Assembly: GCA_964542895.1 (NCBI GenBank)
Contig: CAZIWT010000005.1
Span: forward strand, 863-59,751
Length of the DNA stretch: 58,889 nt
Direction: 5' to 3'
Origin: an uncultured Thermodesulfobacteriota bacterium
GTDB taxonomy: Bacteria; Desulfobacterota; Zymogenia; Zymogenales; Zymogenaceae
The translations under genes were made by a program, and so were the position numbers. Below the pieces are notes generated by a model, which was not told the origin of the DNA, did no database searches, and was given only the letters and a program-made list of their open reading frames with translations. Of this stretch, positions 30,060-39,352 are shown piece after piece (positions within the stretch are counted from its first letter, which is position 1; every line of letters begins with the position of its first letter).

Positions 30060-31616
30060 TTGACAGAAGATATCCATAAAGAAAAAGTGCTGATCCTCGA
30101 CTTCGGCTCCCAGTACACCCAGCTCATCGCCAGGAGGGTGAGGGAGGAGAAGGTCTACTGCGAAATCTACCCGTTCAATATCCCTGTCGATGAGATCAGG
30201 GAGATCTCGCCCAGCGCCATAATACTGTCGGGAGGGCCGGCCAGCGTCTACGACAAGGGGGCGCCGATGATCACCGACGAGGTTTTTAAGCTCGGTGTTC
30301 CGGTTCTCGGAATCTGCTACGGGATGCAGATAATCGCATACCTCCTGGGGGGTAAGGTCGTCTCTTCCAGGAAGCGGGAGTACGGCAGGGCGGTTGTCAG
30401 GCCCGTTTCCAACAACGGCATCTTCTCAGGCTTTAGGGAAGGCGAGAAGGTCGAGGTGTGGATGAGCCACGGCGACAGCCTTAAGGCCCCGCCGAAGGGA
30501 TTCACGATCACCGCCGAGAGCGAAAACAGGCTTATGTCCGCGATCGAGAACGTGGAGTCGAGGATCTACGGCGTCCAGTTCCACCCGGAGGTCGTCCACA
30601 CCCCCAGGGGGGAGGAGATATTGAGGAACTTTCTCTTCGATATCTCGGATCTCCACGGCCTCTGGAACATGAGGTCGTTCGTCGAGATGGAGGTGGAGGA
30701 GATAAGAAAGAGGGTAGGAGACGACCGGGTCATCTGTGCGCTCTCCGGCGGGGTGGACTCCTCGGTGGTGGCGGCTCTCCTTTTTAGAGCCATAGGCGAC
30801 AGGCTGACCTGCATCTTCGTCAACAACGGTGTGTTGAGAAAGGGGGAGGCCGATAGGGTTAAGAAAGTATTTCGCGGCCACTTCAACGTGGACCTCGACT
30901 ACGTAGACGCCGGGGATTTCTTCTTGAAGCGTCTCTCGAACGTCGAAGACCCGGAGAAGAAGAGAAAGATCATCGGCAACACCTTCATAGAGATATTCGA
31001 GGCGGAGGCGGAGAAGATATCCGGGGTAAAGTACCTCGCCCAGGGGACCCTATACCCGGACGTGATCGAGAGCGTATCCTTCAAGGGCCCCTCCGCCACC
31101 ATAAAGTCCCACCACAACGTGGGCGGGCTGCCGGAGAAGATGAATCTTAAGCTTATCGAGCCGCTGAGGGAGCTCTTCAAGGACGAGGTGAGGCTTTTGG
31201 GGAGGGAGCTGGGGCTCCCGGACGAGATGATCAAGCGCCACCCGTTCCCCGGGCCGGGGCTCGCGGTGAGGATACTGGGGGAGGTGACAAAGGAGAACGT
31301 CGCCATGCTTCAGGAGGCAGACGTTATCATGGAAAACGAGATAAAGTCGAGCGGCTGGTACGACAAGATATGGCAGGCCTTCGCCGTGCTACTGCCGGTA
31401 AAGAGCGTCGGCGTGATGGGAGACGAGCGCACCTACGACAACGTCGTGGCCTTAAGGGCCGTTGACAGCCTCGACGGCATGACCGCCGACTGGTCGCGGA
31501 TCCCCCACGAGATACTGGCCAAGATATCCAACAGGATCATAAACGAGGTCAAGGGAGTTAACCGGGTCGTCTACGACATATCCTCCAAACCCCCCAGCAC
31601 CATCGAATGGGAGTAG
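30060..31616 (+). CDS. guaA: GMP synthase (glutamine-hydrolysing)
   Basis: [62 protein letters not shown]. Confidence 0.99.
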   Translation: MTEDIHKEKVLILDFGSQYTQLIARRVREEKVYCEIYPFNIPVDEIREISPSAIILSGGPASVYDKGAPMITDEVFKLGVPVLGICYGMQIIAYLLGGKVVSSRKREYGRAVVRPVSNNGIFSGFREGEKVEVWMSHGDSLKAPPKGFTITAESENRLMSAIENVESRIYGVQFHPEVVHTPRGEEILRNFLFDISDLHGLWNMRSFVEMEVEEIRKRVGDDRVICALSGGVDSSVVAALLFRAIGDRLTCIFVNNGVLRKGEADRVKKVFRGHFNVDLDYVDAGDFFLKRLSNVEDPEKKRKIIGNTFIEIFEAEAEKISGVKYLAQGTLYPDVIESVSFKGPSATIKSHHNVGGLPEKMNLKLIEPLRELFKDEVRLLGRELGLPDEMIKRHPFPGPGLAVRILGEVTKENVAMLQEADVIMENEIKSSGWYDKIWQAFAVLLPVKSVGVMGDERTYDNVVALRAVDSLDGMTADWSRIPHEILAKISNRIINEVKGVNRVVYDISSKPPSTIEWE

Positions 31617-31621
31617 CCCCG

Positions 31622-34600
31622 ATGGCCGATAAGAGAACATCAAACTTCGTTCACCTCCATCTCCACACGCAGTACAGCCTGCTTGACGGTGCCATAAGGC
31701 TGGACGATCTTTTTTCCGCCGCCAACGATTTCAATATGCCGGCCGTGGCCATGACCGACCACGGCAACCTCTTCGGGGCGGTCGATTTTTACATCAAGGC
31801 GAAAGACGCCGGGATAAAGCCGATAATCGGCTGCGAGATGTACGTGGCCAGGGGCAAATACGACTCGAAGGGGGGAGGGGCCAAGGACGATTCCCACCAC
31901 CTGGTGCTCCTCGTGGAAAACGAGGCGGGCTACAAAAACCTGACGAGGCTTCTGACCCACGCCCACCTGGAGGGCTTCTACTACAAGCCGAGGGTGGACA
32001 AAGAGCTCCTCTCAAAACACAGCGAGGGGCTTATCGCCTCCTCCGCCTGTCTCAAGGGGGAGATAGCGGAAAAGATACTGGGGGACGACAAGAAAGGGGC
32101 CAGGGAGGTCGCCGGCAGGTACGCCGAGACCTTTCCCGGCAGGTTCTACCTCGAAATTATGGAAAACGGCATCGACGACCAGAGGCGGGTGAATGCCGAG
32201 CTCATCCGAATAGGAAAGGAGATAAACCTCCCCCTTGTGGCCACCAACGACTGCCACTATCTTAAAAAAAGCGACGCGGAGGCGCACGACGCCCTCCTCT
32301 GCATCCAGACCGGGAAGACGATAAACGAGACGAACAGGATGAAGTTCTCGTCCGACCAGTTCTACTTCAAGTCCCCGGAGGAGATGATAAACGCCTTTAA
32401 GGAAGTACCTGTGGCGATCAAAAACACGCTGGCCATAGCCGAGAGGTGCAATTTCTCCTTCTCGTTTGGCCAGTTCCAGTTCCCGGAATACAGCGTCCCT
32501 TCCGGGGAGAATCTGGACGACGTCCTCGACGGGGCGGCTTACGAGGGTTTGAAGGCGAGGATCGAGGCGATCAAGGCGAACAAGGGGGGAAGTGTCGAAT
32601 CCATCGAGAGGGAATACCGGGATCGGCTCGAGAGGGAGCTCAAGATGATCAAGGAGATGGGTTTTTCCGGCTATTTTCTTATCGTCGCCGACTTCATAAA
32701 CTACGCCAAGGAGAACTCCATCTCCGTAGGCCCGGGGCGGGGGTCCGCCGCCGGGAGCCTCGTGGCCTACTCCCTCGGGATAACCGATATAGACCCGATC
32801 GAGTACGACCTTTTGTTTGAGAGGTTCCTCAACCCGGAGAGGATCAGTATGCCGGATATCGACATAGACTTCTGCAAGAACGGCAGGGACGACGTCATCA
32901 GATACGTCTCGGAGAAGTACGGCGGGGAGGAGAAGGTCGCCCAGATCGTCACGTTCGGGAAGATGCAGGCGAGGGCGGTCATCCGGGATGTGGGGAGGGT
33001 CCTCGACATGCCCTATCCCGAGGTGGACGGCATAGCGAAGCTGATCCCCACAATGCCGCTCAACATCACCCTCGACGACGCCTTGAAGGCGGAGCCCCGC
33101 TTCAAGGAGATGGTCGATAGCGACCCGAGGATCAAGCGCCTCGTCAAGATCGCGAAGGGGCTGGAGGGGCTGAACCGCCACTCCTCGACCCACGCCGCGG
33201 GGATGGTAATCTCAAACCTCCCCCTCGTGGACTACATGCCGTTAACTAGGGGTCAGAAGGGTGAGGTGGTGACCCAGTTCGACATGAAGTGCGTGGAGAA
33301 ACTGGGGCTGATAAAGTTCGACTTTCTGGGCCTGAGGACGCTCACGGTCATCGAGGACACGATAAAGCTCATCAAGGAGAACAGGGGAGTCGATCTCGAT
33401 ATAACGAAGCTCTCCCTCAAGGACCCGAAAACCTTCAAGCTCCTCCAGTCCGGCAACACCGACGGTGTCTTTCAGCTGGAGAGCTCCGGCATGAAGGACC
33501 TGATGGTCAGGCTCGTGCCGGAGAAGTTCGAGGAGGTGATTGCGCTTGTGGCCCTCTACAGGCCGGGGCCTTTGAACACGGGAATGGCCGAGGAGTTCAT
33601 CAAGCGCAAGCACAACCGCAAGCTGATAAAATACGAGCTTCCCCAGCTGGAGGACATCCTGGGCGACACCTACGGTGTTATGGTCTATCAGGAGCAGGTG
33701 ATGCAGATTGCGGCCGCCCTGGCCAGCTTCACCACGGCGGACGGCGACCTCCTCAGAAGGGCGATGGGGAAGAAGATCAGGGACGAGATGGCCGCCCAGA
33801 AGGAAAGGTTTATGGAGGGCGCCCTGAAAAACGGGATAGATGAGAGGAAGGCGGAGAAGATATTCGACCAGATGGAGGAGTTCGCCGAGTACGGGTTCAA
33901 CAAGTCCCACAGCGCCGCCTACGCGATGGTGTCGTATCGGACGGCCTATCTCAAGGCGCACTACCCGGTGGAGTTCATGGCGGCGCTCCTGACCTCCGAG
34001 ATGGACGACACCGACAAGATAATGAAATATATAGGGGAGGCGAGGGAGATGGGGATAAAGGTCCTCCCGCCCCACATAAACGACAGCGGTCTCACGTTTT
34101 CCGCCTCGAAAGAAGAGATCCTGTTCGGGCTTGCCGCCGTGAAAAACGTCGGCGCGGCGGCGATCCAGTCGATCATAGAGTCGAGGAGGGAGGAGGGCGA
34201 TTTTTCGTCGCTGTTCGATTTCGCGAAGAGGGTCGATCTCAGAAAGGTCAACAAGAGGGTTCTGGAGAGCCTGATCAAGTGCGGGGCGTTCGATTTCTCC
34301 AACGTTTCCAGGGCCAGGATAATGGCCGCCATAGACAGGGCGGTCGAGATGGGACAGAGCTACCAGGACGAGAAGAGGATCGGGCAGGCCAACCTCTTTG
34401 AAAACCTGGATTCCCCCGGCGGCGGTACGATCGATTTGGAGGACTACCCGGTGGTCCCGGACTGGAGCGACCAGATGTTGATGGCAAACGAGAAGGAGAG
34501 CCTAGGGTTCTACATAACCGGTCACCCCCTCCTTGCCTACGAGAACGCCTTTAAATCGAAGACGAATTGTGATACCATTACCGTAAATGAAAAGCCGGAC

Positions 34601-35101
34601 AGGTCGTCTGTGTGGATGGGGGGGATATGTGCCGCCAAAAAGGAGATAATGACGAAGAAGGGTGACAGGATGGCGTTTCTGACCCTCGAGGATATGAAGG
34701 GATTCATCGAGGTCGTGGTCTTCTCCGAACTGTATCAGAAGTCCATTCAGCTCTTGGAAGATGATGTCCCGATCCTGGTTAGCGGTGTTCTGGACAGGGG
34801 GGACGAGACGAGCAAGATCCTCGCAAAGGAGATAGTGAGTTTGAAGGACGCGCCGATAAGAAGCGAGAAGAAGGTCTACATCGAGGTAAATGACCTCGGT
34901 ATGCCGGCCGAGGAGATGGAGAAGTTAAAACAGATTATGGAGAGACACAGGGGCAGGAGCCGTGTCTTCCTCCTGGTAAAGGGCAATGACAGCGGCAGCG
35001 TCATACTCTCGCTGCCGGGGAGCCTGGGGGTCGACCCGAACGGCAGTTTTATAAACGAGGTGAAGACCCTCTTTAACGGCGGCTCCGTCTGGACGGACTG
35101 A
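31622..35101 (+). CDS. dnaE: DNA polymerase III alpha subunit
   Basis: HLHLHTQYSLLDG (PHP), GRGSAAGSL, PDIDIDF, KFDFLGL, YGFNKSH; no intein seen. Confidence 0.99.
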   Translation: MADKRTSNFVHLHLHTQYSLLDGAIRLDDLFSAANDFNMPAVAMTDHGNLFGAVDFYIKAKDAGIKPIIGCEMYVARGKYDSKGGGAKDDSHHLVLLVENEAGYKNLTRLLTHAHLEGFYYKPRVDKELLSKHSEGLIASSACLKGEIAEKILGDDKKGAREVAGRYAETFPGRFYLEIMENGIDDQRRVNAELIRIGKEINLPLVATNDCHYLKKSDAEAHDALLCIQTGKTINETNRMKFSSDQFYFKSPEEMINAFKEVPVAIKNTLAIAERCNFSFSFGQFQFPEYSVPSGENLDDVLDGAAYEGLKARIEAIKANKGGSVESIEREYRDRLERELKMIKEMGFSGYFLIVADFINYAKENSISVGPGRGSAAGSLVAYSLGITDIDPIEYDLLFERFLNPERISMPDIDIDFCKNGRDDVIRYVSEKYGGEEKVAQIVTFGKMQARAVIRDVGRVLDMPYPEVDGIAKLIPTMPLNITLDDALKAEPRFKEMVDSDPRIKRLVKIAKGLEGLNRHSSTHAAGMVISNLPLVDYMPLTRGQKGEVVTQFDMKCVEKLGLIKFDFLGLRTLTVIEDTIKLIKENRGVDLDITKLSLKDPKTFKLLQSGNTDGVFQLESSGMKDLMVRLVPEKFEEVIALVALYRPGPLNTGMAEEFIKRKHNRKLIKYELPQLEDILGDTYGVMVYQEQVMQIAAALASFTTADGDLLRRAMGKKIRDEMAAQKERFMEGALKNGIDERKAEKIFDQMEEFAEYGFNKSHSAAYAMVSYRTAYLKAHYPVEFMAALLTSEMDDTDKIMKYIGEAREMGIKVLPPHINDSGLTFSASKEEILFGLAAVKNVGAAAIQSIIESRREEGDFSSLFDFAKRVDLRKVNKRVLESLIKCGAFDFSNVSRARIMAAIDRAVEMGQSYQDEKRIGQANLFENLDSPGGGTIDLEDYPVVPDWSDQMLMANEKESLGFYITGHPLLAYENAFKSKTNCDTITVNEKPDRSSVWMGGICAAKKEIMTKKGDRMAFLTLEDMKGFIEVVVFSELYQKSIQLLEDDVPILVSGVLDRGDETSKILAKEIVSLKDAPIRSEKKVYIEVNDLGMPAEEMEKLKQIMERHRGRSRVFLLVKGNDSGSVILSLPGSLGVDPNGSFINEVKTLFNGGSVWTD

Positions 35102-35287
35102 TCTTGTTCGAGGCCGTTATTGTGATCGGGGCAAATATGATAATCGAGGTGAATAGTATTCTGGGGTGGGGGTATTGAGAATCGTGGGCTTTTTGTTGGA
35201 GTTTTCAGGCCTTTTACGATCTCTATTCCGATTAGGATAAATCGAGGCCATGCAAAATATGATAGAGGTGGATCGGGGGGACTTCTT

Positions 35288-36244
35288 ATGAATGAGGTGA
35301 AATTTGACAGGAGCATCCGGGAGCTTACGAGAAAGATCAACGAGGTAAAAGAGACCGCGGATAATCTCGACGGATCGAAGATATCGGGTAACGTTCACGA
35401 TTTACAGGAGAAGGCAAAGAGGCTCGAGGAGGATTACTACCTGAAGGGCGACCGGTGGATGAAGGTCGAGATATCGAGGCACGAAAAGAGACCCCAGATG
35501 CTCGACTACATCTCCCATATTTTTGACGGATTTCTGGAGCTCAAGGGGGACAGGGCGTACAGTGATGACAGGGCTGTTATCGGCGGTCTCTCAAAATTCG
35601 AAGGGATCGGCGTAATGTTGATCGGCAACCATAAGGGGCGGGGATTGAAGGAGCGTCTCGAGAGGAATTTCGGGATGCCCCACCCGGAGGGGTATAGAAA
35701 AGCGATCAGGCTCATGAGGCTGGCCGAGCGCTTCGGACTCCCGCTGATCACGATGATAGACACCCCCGGCGCCTATCCGGGCGTGGAGGCGGAGAAGAGG
35801 GGTCAGTCGGAGGCGATAGCGAGCTGCATGTACACTATGATGAGGCTAAAGGTTCCCATAATCTCGGTGGTCCTCGGGGAGGGGGGGAGCGGGGGTGCCT
35901 TGGCCCTCGGTATCTCCGACAGGGTGTTGGTGATGGAAAACGCCAACTATTCGGTCGTCTCGCCGGAGGCGTGCGCCTCGATCCTCTGGAAAGACAGGAA
36001 GATGAAAAGGAAGGCCGCGGAGGCGCTCAAGTCGACGGCGAAGGACAACCTCGAGAACTGGCTTATCGATGATATCGTTACCGAGCCTCTCGGCGGGGCG
36101 CACCGCAGTCACAAGGAGGCCGCCGACGCCCTTTACGGCGTGCTGAAAAAACACTTTGCGGAGATCATTGCGATGGATCTCCACGAGCTCCTGGAGCAGC
36201 GCTACGGCCGTTTCAGGGCGATAGGGGTTTTTACATCCAAATAG
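35288..36244 (+). CDS. accA: Acetyl-CoA carboxylase carboxyltransferase alpha subunit
   Basis: NFGMPHPEGYRKA, IDTPGAYPG, GEGGSGGALA, YSVVSPEACASILW. Confidence 0.97.
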   Translation: MNEVKFDRSIRELTRKINEVKETADNLDGSKISGNVHDLQEKAKRLEEDYYLKGDRWMKVEISRHEKRPQMLDYISHIFDGFLELKGDRAYSDDRAVIGGLSKFEGIGVMLIGNHKGRGLKERLERNFGMPHPEGYRKAIRLMRLAERFGLPLITMIDTPGAYPGVEAEKRGQSEAIASCMYTMMRLKVPIISVVLGEGGSGGALALGISDRVLVMENANYSVVSPEACASILWKDRKMKRKAAEALKSTAKDNLENWLIDDIVTEPLGGAHRSHKEAADALYGVLKKHFAEIIAMDLHELLEQRYGRFRAIGVFTSK

Positions 36245-36306
36245 CTCTATTGATTTGGAAGGCGCCTGAAAATATGATATAATTAATAGTATTAAAGCTG
36301 AGAATT

Positions 36307-37038
36307 ATGCTTAATTTTCTAAAGACAATTAGAGAAGATATCAGGGTCGTATTTGAGAGGGATCCCGCGGCGAGGTCCACCCTCGAGATAATCCTCTGCT
36401 ATCCGGGGCTTCATGCCGTCCTTTTCTACAGGGTGGCACACTGGTTCTGGACAAAGAGGCTTTATCTTATAGGGAGGATAATCTCTCACCTGGGGAGGTT
36501 TCTTACCGGCATCGAGATCCACCCCGGGGCGAAGATCGGGCGGAGGTTTTTCATAGACCACGGCATGGGCGTTATCATCGGGGAGACATCGGAGATCGCC
36601 GACAACGTTACCATCTATCAGGGGGTGACGCTGGGGGGAAAGAGCTGGAGGAAGGAGAAGCGCCACCCGGACCTCGGGGAGCACGTGGTTGTTGGCGCCG
36701 GAACGAAGATCATCGGCCCCTGCAGGCTCGGCGCATTTTCGAGGATAGGGGCGAACTCCGTCGTGGTAAAGGACGTCCCGCCTAAATCCACCGTTGTGGG
36801 TGTGCCCGGCAGGATCATCTACTCGATGGAGGGGGAGATCCACGACGACGTGAACCTGGAGCATCACCTCCTGCCCGACCCGGAAGAGCAGGCTCTGCTG
36901 TGCATGATCGAGAGGGTCAAGGAGCTCGAGAAAAAGGTGAGGCTCCTTGAGGGTGAAAACAAAAAAAGGGAGAACGAGGAGGCGGGGGAGGCCTATTCCG
37001 AAGGTGAAAGGGAGCGGAAGGACCTCGGAGTTAAATGA
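36307..37038 (+). CDS. cysE: Serine O-acetyltransferase
   Basis: [45 protein letters not shown]; hexapeptide repeats. Confidence 0.97.
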   Translation: MLNFLKTIREDIRVVFERDPAARSTLEIILCYPGLHAVLFYRVAHWFWTKRLYLIGRIISHLGRFLTGIEIHPGAKIGRRFFIDHGMGVIIGETSEIADNVTIYQGVTLGGKSWRKEKRHPDLGEHVVVGAGTKIIGPCRLGAFSRIGANSVVVKDVPPKSTVVGVPGRIIYSMEGEIHDDVNLEHHLLPDPEEQALLCMIERVKELEKKVRLLEGENKKRENEEAGEAYSEGERERKDLGVK

Positions 37039-37174
37039 GTGGGGAAGGTGGTGCAGGGCCGGTGGGGACGGAGGAGGGGAGAATAATATTCAGTCTTTCC
37101 AATATATCGAAATATCAAACCGGCAAAATATCAGACCGGGCTTAAATTCAAACAAAGGCCGTGAGACCTAAAAA

Positions 37175-37927
37175 TTGCGTGATATTTTCGCGAACAGGCT
37201 GTATCGAATAGGACGGGGTGGTCGTGATCTCAAGGCGTTTACCGTTACCGTCAAGGAGACCAACCTGTTTATTCAGGCCGAGGAGGACCTCACCAGGCAG
37301 GCCACGGACGCCGTCCTGTCGATTCGCGGAAACATCGAGAGCTACATAGAATCGAGGCCGGAGTTCGCCGCATCCCTCAATCCGATAGGGGCGGATCCTT
37401 ACGCGCCCGCTGTCGTCAAGGAGATGATCGAGGATTCGAGGCGTGCGGGCACGGGGCCGATGGCCGCCGTTGCGGGGTCGATAGCGGAGTTTGTGGCGCG
37501 GACGCTTTCCGACCGCGGGGACGGGAAGAGGGGGGAGGTGATCGTGGAGAACGGCGGGGACGTCTTTATGGTGACCGGGGGTGAGAGGGTCGTCGGCCTG
37601 TACGGCAGTGATATTCTACTGGGTCTCGGGATAAAGATTCCAGCCGCCGACTCTGGACGGGCGGGCGTCGGCATATCTTCATCCTCGGCTCTCCTCGGCG
37701 AGTCGTTAAGCCTTGGAAGGTGCGAGCTCGCGACAGTGGTTGCAAAGCGGGGGGCGCTTTCGGACGCGACGGCCACGGCCCTCGGTAACATGGTCAAAAG
37801 CGAGAGGGACATCGAGAGGTCGCTGGAGGAAATTTTGTATATCCCGGATGTGGTAGGAGGGGTTGTGGTGATCGACGGCAGGATGGGGATAAAAGGTGAT
37901 ATTGAGCTTGTCGCCCTGGGCGATTAG
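37175..37927 (+). CDS. UPF0280 / ApbE-like flavin-transferase family protein
   Basis: VKETNL, GPMAAVAG, VENGGD, SSS...G.SLSLG, ADATATALGN-like (LSDATATALGN). Confidence 0.88.
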   Translation: MRDIFANRLYRIGRGGRDLKAFTVTVKETNLFIQAEEDLTRQATDAVLSIRGNIESYIESRPEFAASLNPIGADPYAPAVVKEMIEDSRRAGTGPMAAVAGSIAEFVARTLSDRGDGKRGEVIVENGGDVFMVTGGERVVGLYGSDILLGLGIKIPAADSGRAGVGISSSSALLGESLSLGRCELATVVAKRGALSDATATALGNMVKSERDIERSLEEILYIPDVVGGVVVIDGRMGIKGDIELVALGD

Positions 37928-37954
37928 TTTTTAATACGATTTAACTATGGCAAT

Positions 37955-37982
37955 TTGACGATTCGGCCTGAATCACTATGAT
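37955..37982 (+). promoter_or_regulatory. Orphan sigma70-like promoter facing a non-coding region
   Basis: TTGACG-16 nt-TATGAT; no credible + strand gene follows it. Confidence 0.4.
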
Positions 37983-38108
37983 ACGGAATATCTACGGAGT
38001 GTCTATTGACAACCGCCGCTTCTGATAATACACGCTCTTTACAATCCCCCGTTTTCCCCAATTCTCGGCTCCTCGCTATCCCCCGCTTCTCTCAATCCCA
38101 AATCAATT

Positions 38109-38363
38109 TTGTGCCACCGCCCCCAGTTTTCCCTGCCCTTATTTGAGCCTTTCCCTATATCGTTTCTCTCCCCTTTAGGCCCACACTAACTTGCAACAAT
38201 CCCTAATTTACGGTATCCCCTCTATTGCGCCACCCCCAGATTGCGCTGGCCCCCGCCCCAGCTTGACCTGCTTGTGATTTACGCCAGCCTTCACTATACC
38301 CTGCCTGTCCACCTATTTGCACCGCCCCCAACCTGCGCCTCCCCCCTTTGCGCCCGCCCCAAC
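38109..38363. repeat. Six degenerate copies of a TTGCGCC(N)CCCCA motif
   Basis: Copies at 38109, 38225, 38241, 38317, 38333 and 38348 in a strongly pyrimidine-biased stretch. Confidence 0.6.
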
Positions 38364-38407
38364 TTGTCCCAATCCCCTCTTTCTATCCTTTTTATGGTTC
38401 GGTGGAT

Positions 38408-38569
38408 TTACCTATCGAAGCCAATCCCACCGAGGCCTACGTTGCCGCGGGGTGCCGCCTCTTTATAGTAGCCGTACCCGACGTAGGGGCTTGAAGTAGC
38501 GCAGGCTGAAAGGATGAGAACGGCGAATATGGATAAAAGCAAAAAGGCCAATTTCATTTTTCTAATCAT
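38408..38569 (-). CDS. Small lipoprotein (53 aa)
   Basis: MIRKMKLAFLLLSIFAVLILSA-C: basic n-region, hydrophobic h-region and lipobox LSAC. Mature part is Gly/Tyr-rich. Confidence 0.7.
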   Translation of the reverse strand: MIRKMKLAFLLLSIFAVLILSACATSSPYVGYGYYKEAAPRGNVGLGGIGFDR

Positions 38570-38785
38570 TATATTACCCCCCGAATAATTCACCCTTAAG
38601 TGGTTTTGTATTAGGGTATTAGAGTATTATAATTTTATGGTCAAGTCAAGAGGAAACTTAATGGACGGTGTAAAAATTTGAGGTGGAAGGGATATCGGAA
38701 AGGGGGGGCAGAAAACCGGCCGGGACGATACCCCTTTTCTTTTTTATCAACGGCTGTACGATCAGCCCCCCATGGCTCGATTAGC

Positions 38786-39322
38786 TCATTGTGAGTATCT
38801 CTTTATCGCTTCCTCCCAGACACCCCGGCTCTTGAGGATGAACTCGACCACCTCTCTGACGGCACCCCTTCCGCCCGGCTTTTCGGTAATAATATCCGCG
38901 GTCTTCAGGACCTCGTCGACGGAGTCGGCGACGGCTACCGCAAGCCCTACCATTCTCATCGCCGGGATGTCGATGAGGTCGTCCCCTATGTATGCCGCAT
39001 CGCCGCCGGTCAGCCTCGCCTCCTTGAGGATCTTCTCGACAGTCTCACCTTTTTTGATCGCCCCCTGGTAAAGGTAGTCTATCGAGAGCTCCCTGGCGCG
39101 GTGTTTTACGACTTTGGAGCTCCTCCCCGTCACGATAGCGGTCTTTATTCCCGCCCGGCCCAGCATCTTGATTCCGTGGCCGTCCCTCACGTCGAAGAAC
39201 TTGGATTCGACGCCTTTGTCGTCGATCACGATCCGGCCGTCGGTCAAGACGCCGTCCACGTCCATAATTAGAATCTTGACGTTGGAGGCCCGTTTTTTAG
39301 CGTCCTTTGCTTTTATCTTCAT
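38786..39322 (-). CDS. kdsC: KDO 8-phosphate phosphatase (HAD, YrbI family)
   Basis: DVDGVLTDG, FDVRDGHGI, YIGDDLID, GGRGAVRE. Confidence 0.96.
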   Translation of the reverse strand: MKIKAKDAKKRASNVKILIMDVDGVLTDGRIVIDDKGVESKFFDVRDGHGIKMLGRAGIKTAIVTGRSSKVVKHRARELSIDYLYQGAIKKGETVEKILKEARLTGGDAAYIGDDLIDIPAMRMVGLAVAVADSVDEVLKTADIITEKPGGRGAVREVVEFILKSRGVWEEAIKRYSQ

Positions 39323-39352
39323 CGATTCCTTTCTCAGAGATTTTAGTTTTAT

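Noticed and set aside
31622-35101. Intein in DnaE
   Set aside because: The length is normal (~1160 aa) and no C/S...HN-C/S/T splice junction or LAGLIDADG insert was seen.
10208-38363. Intergenic repeats (10208, 18481, 38109) as CRISPR arrays
   Set aside because: There are too few copies, they are degenerate, they lack unique regular spacers, and no cas genes are present.
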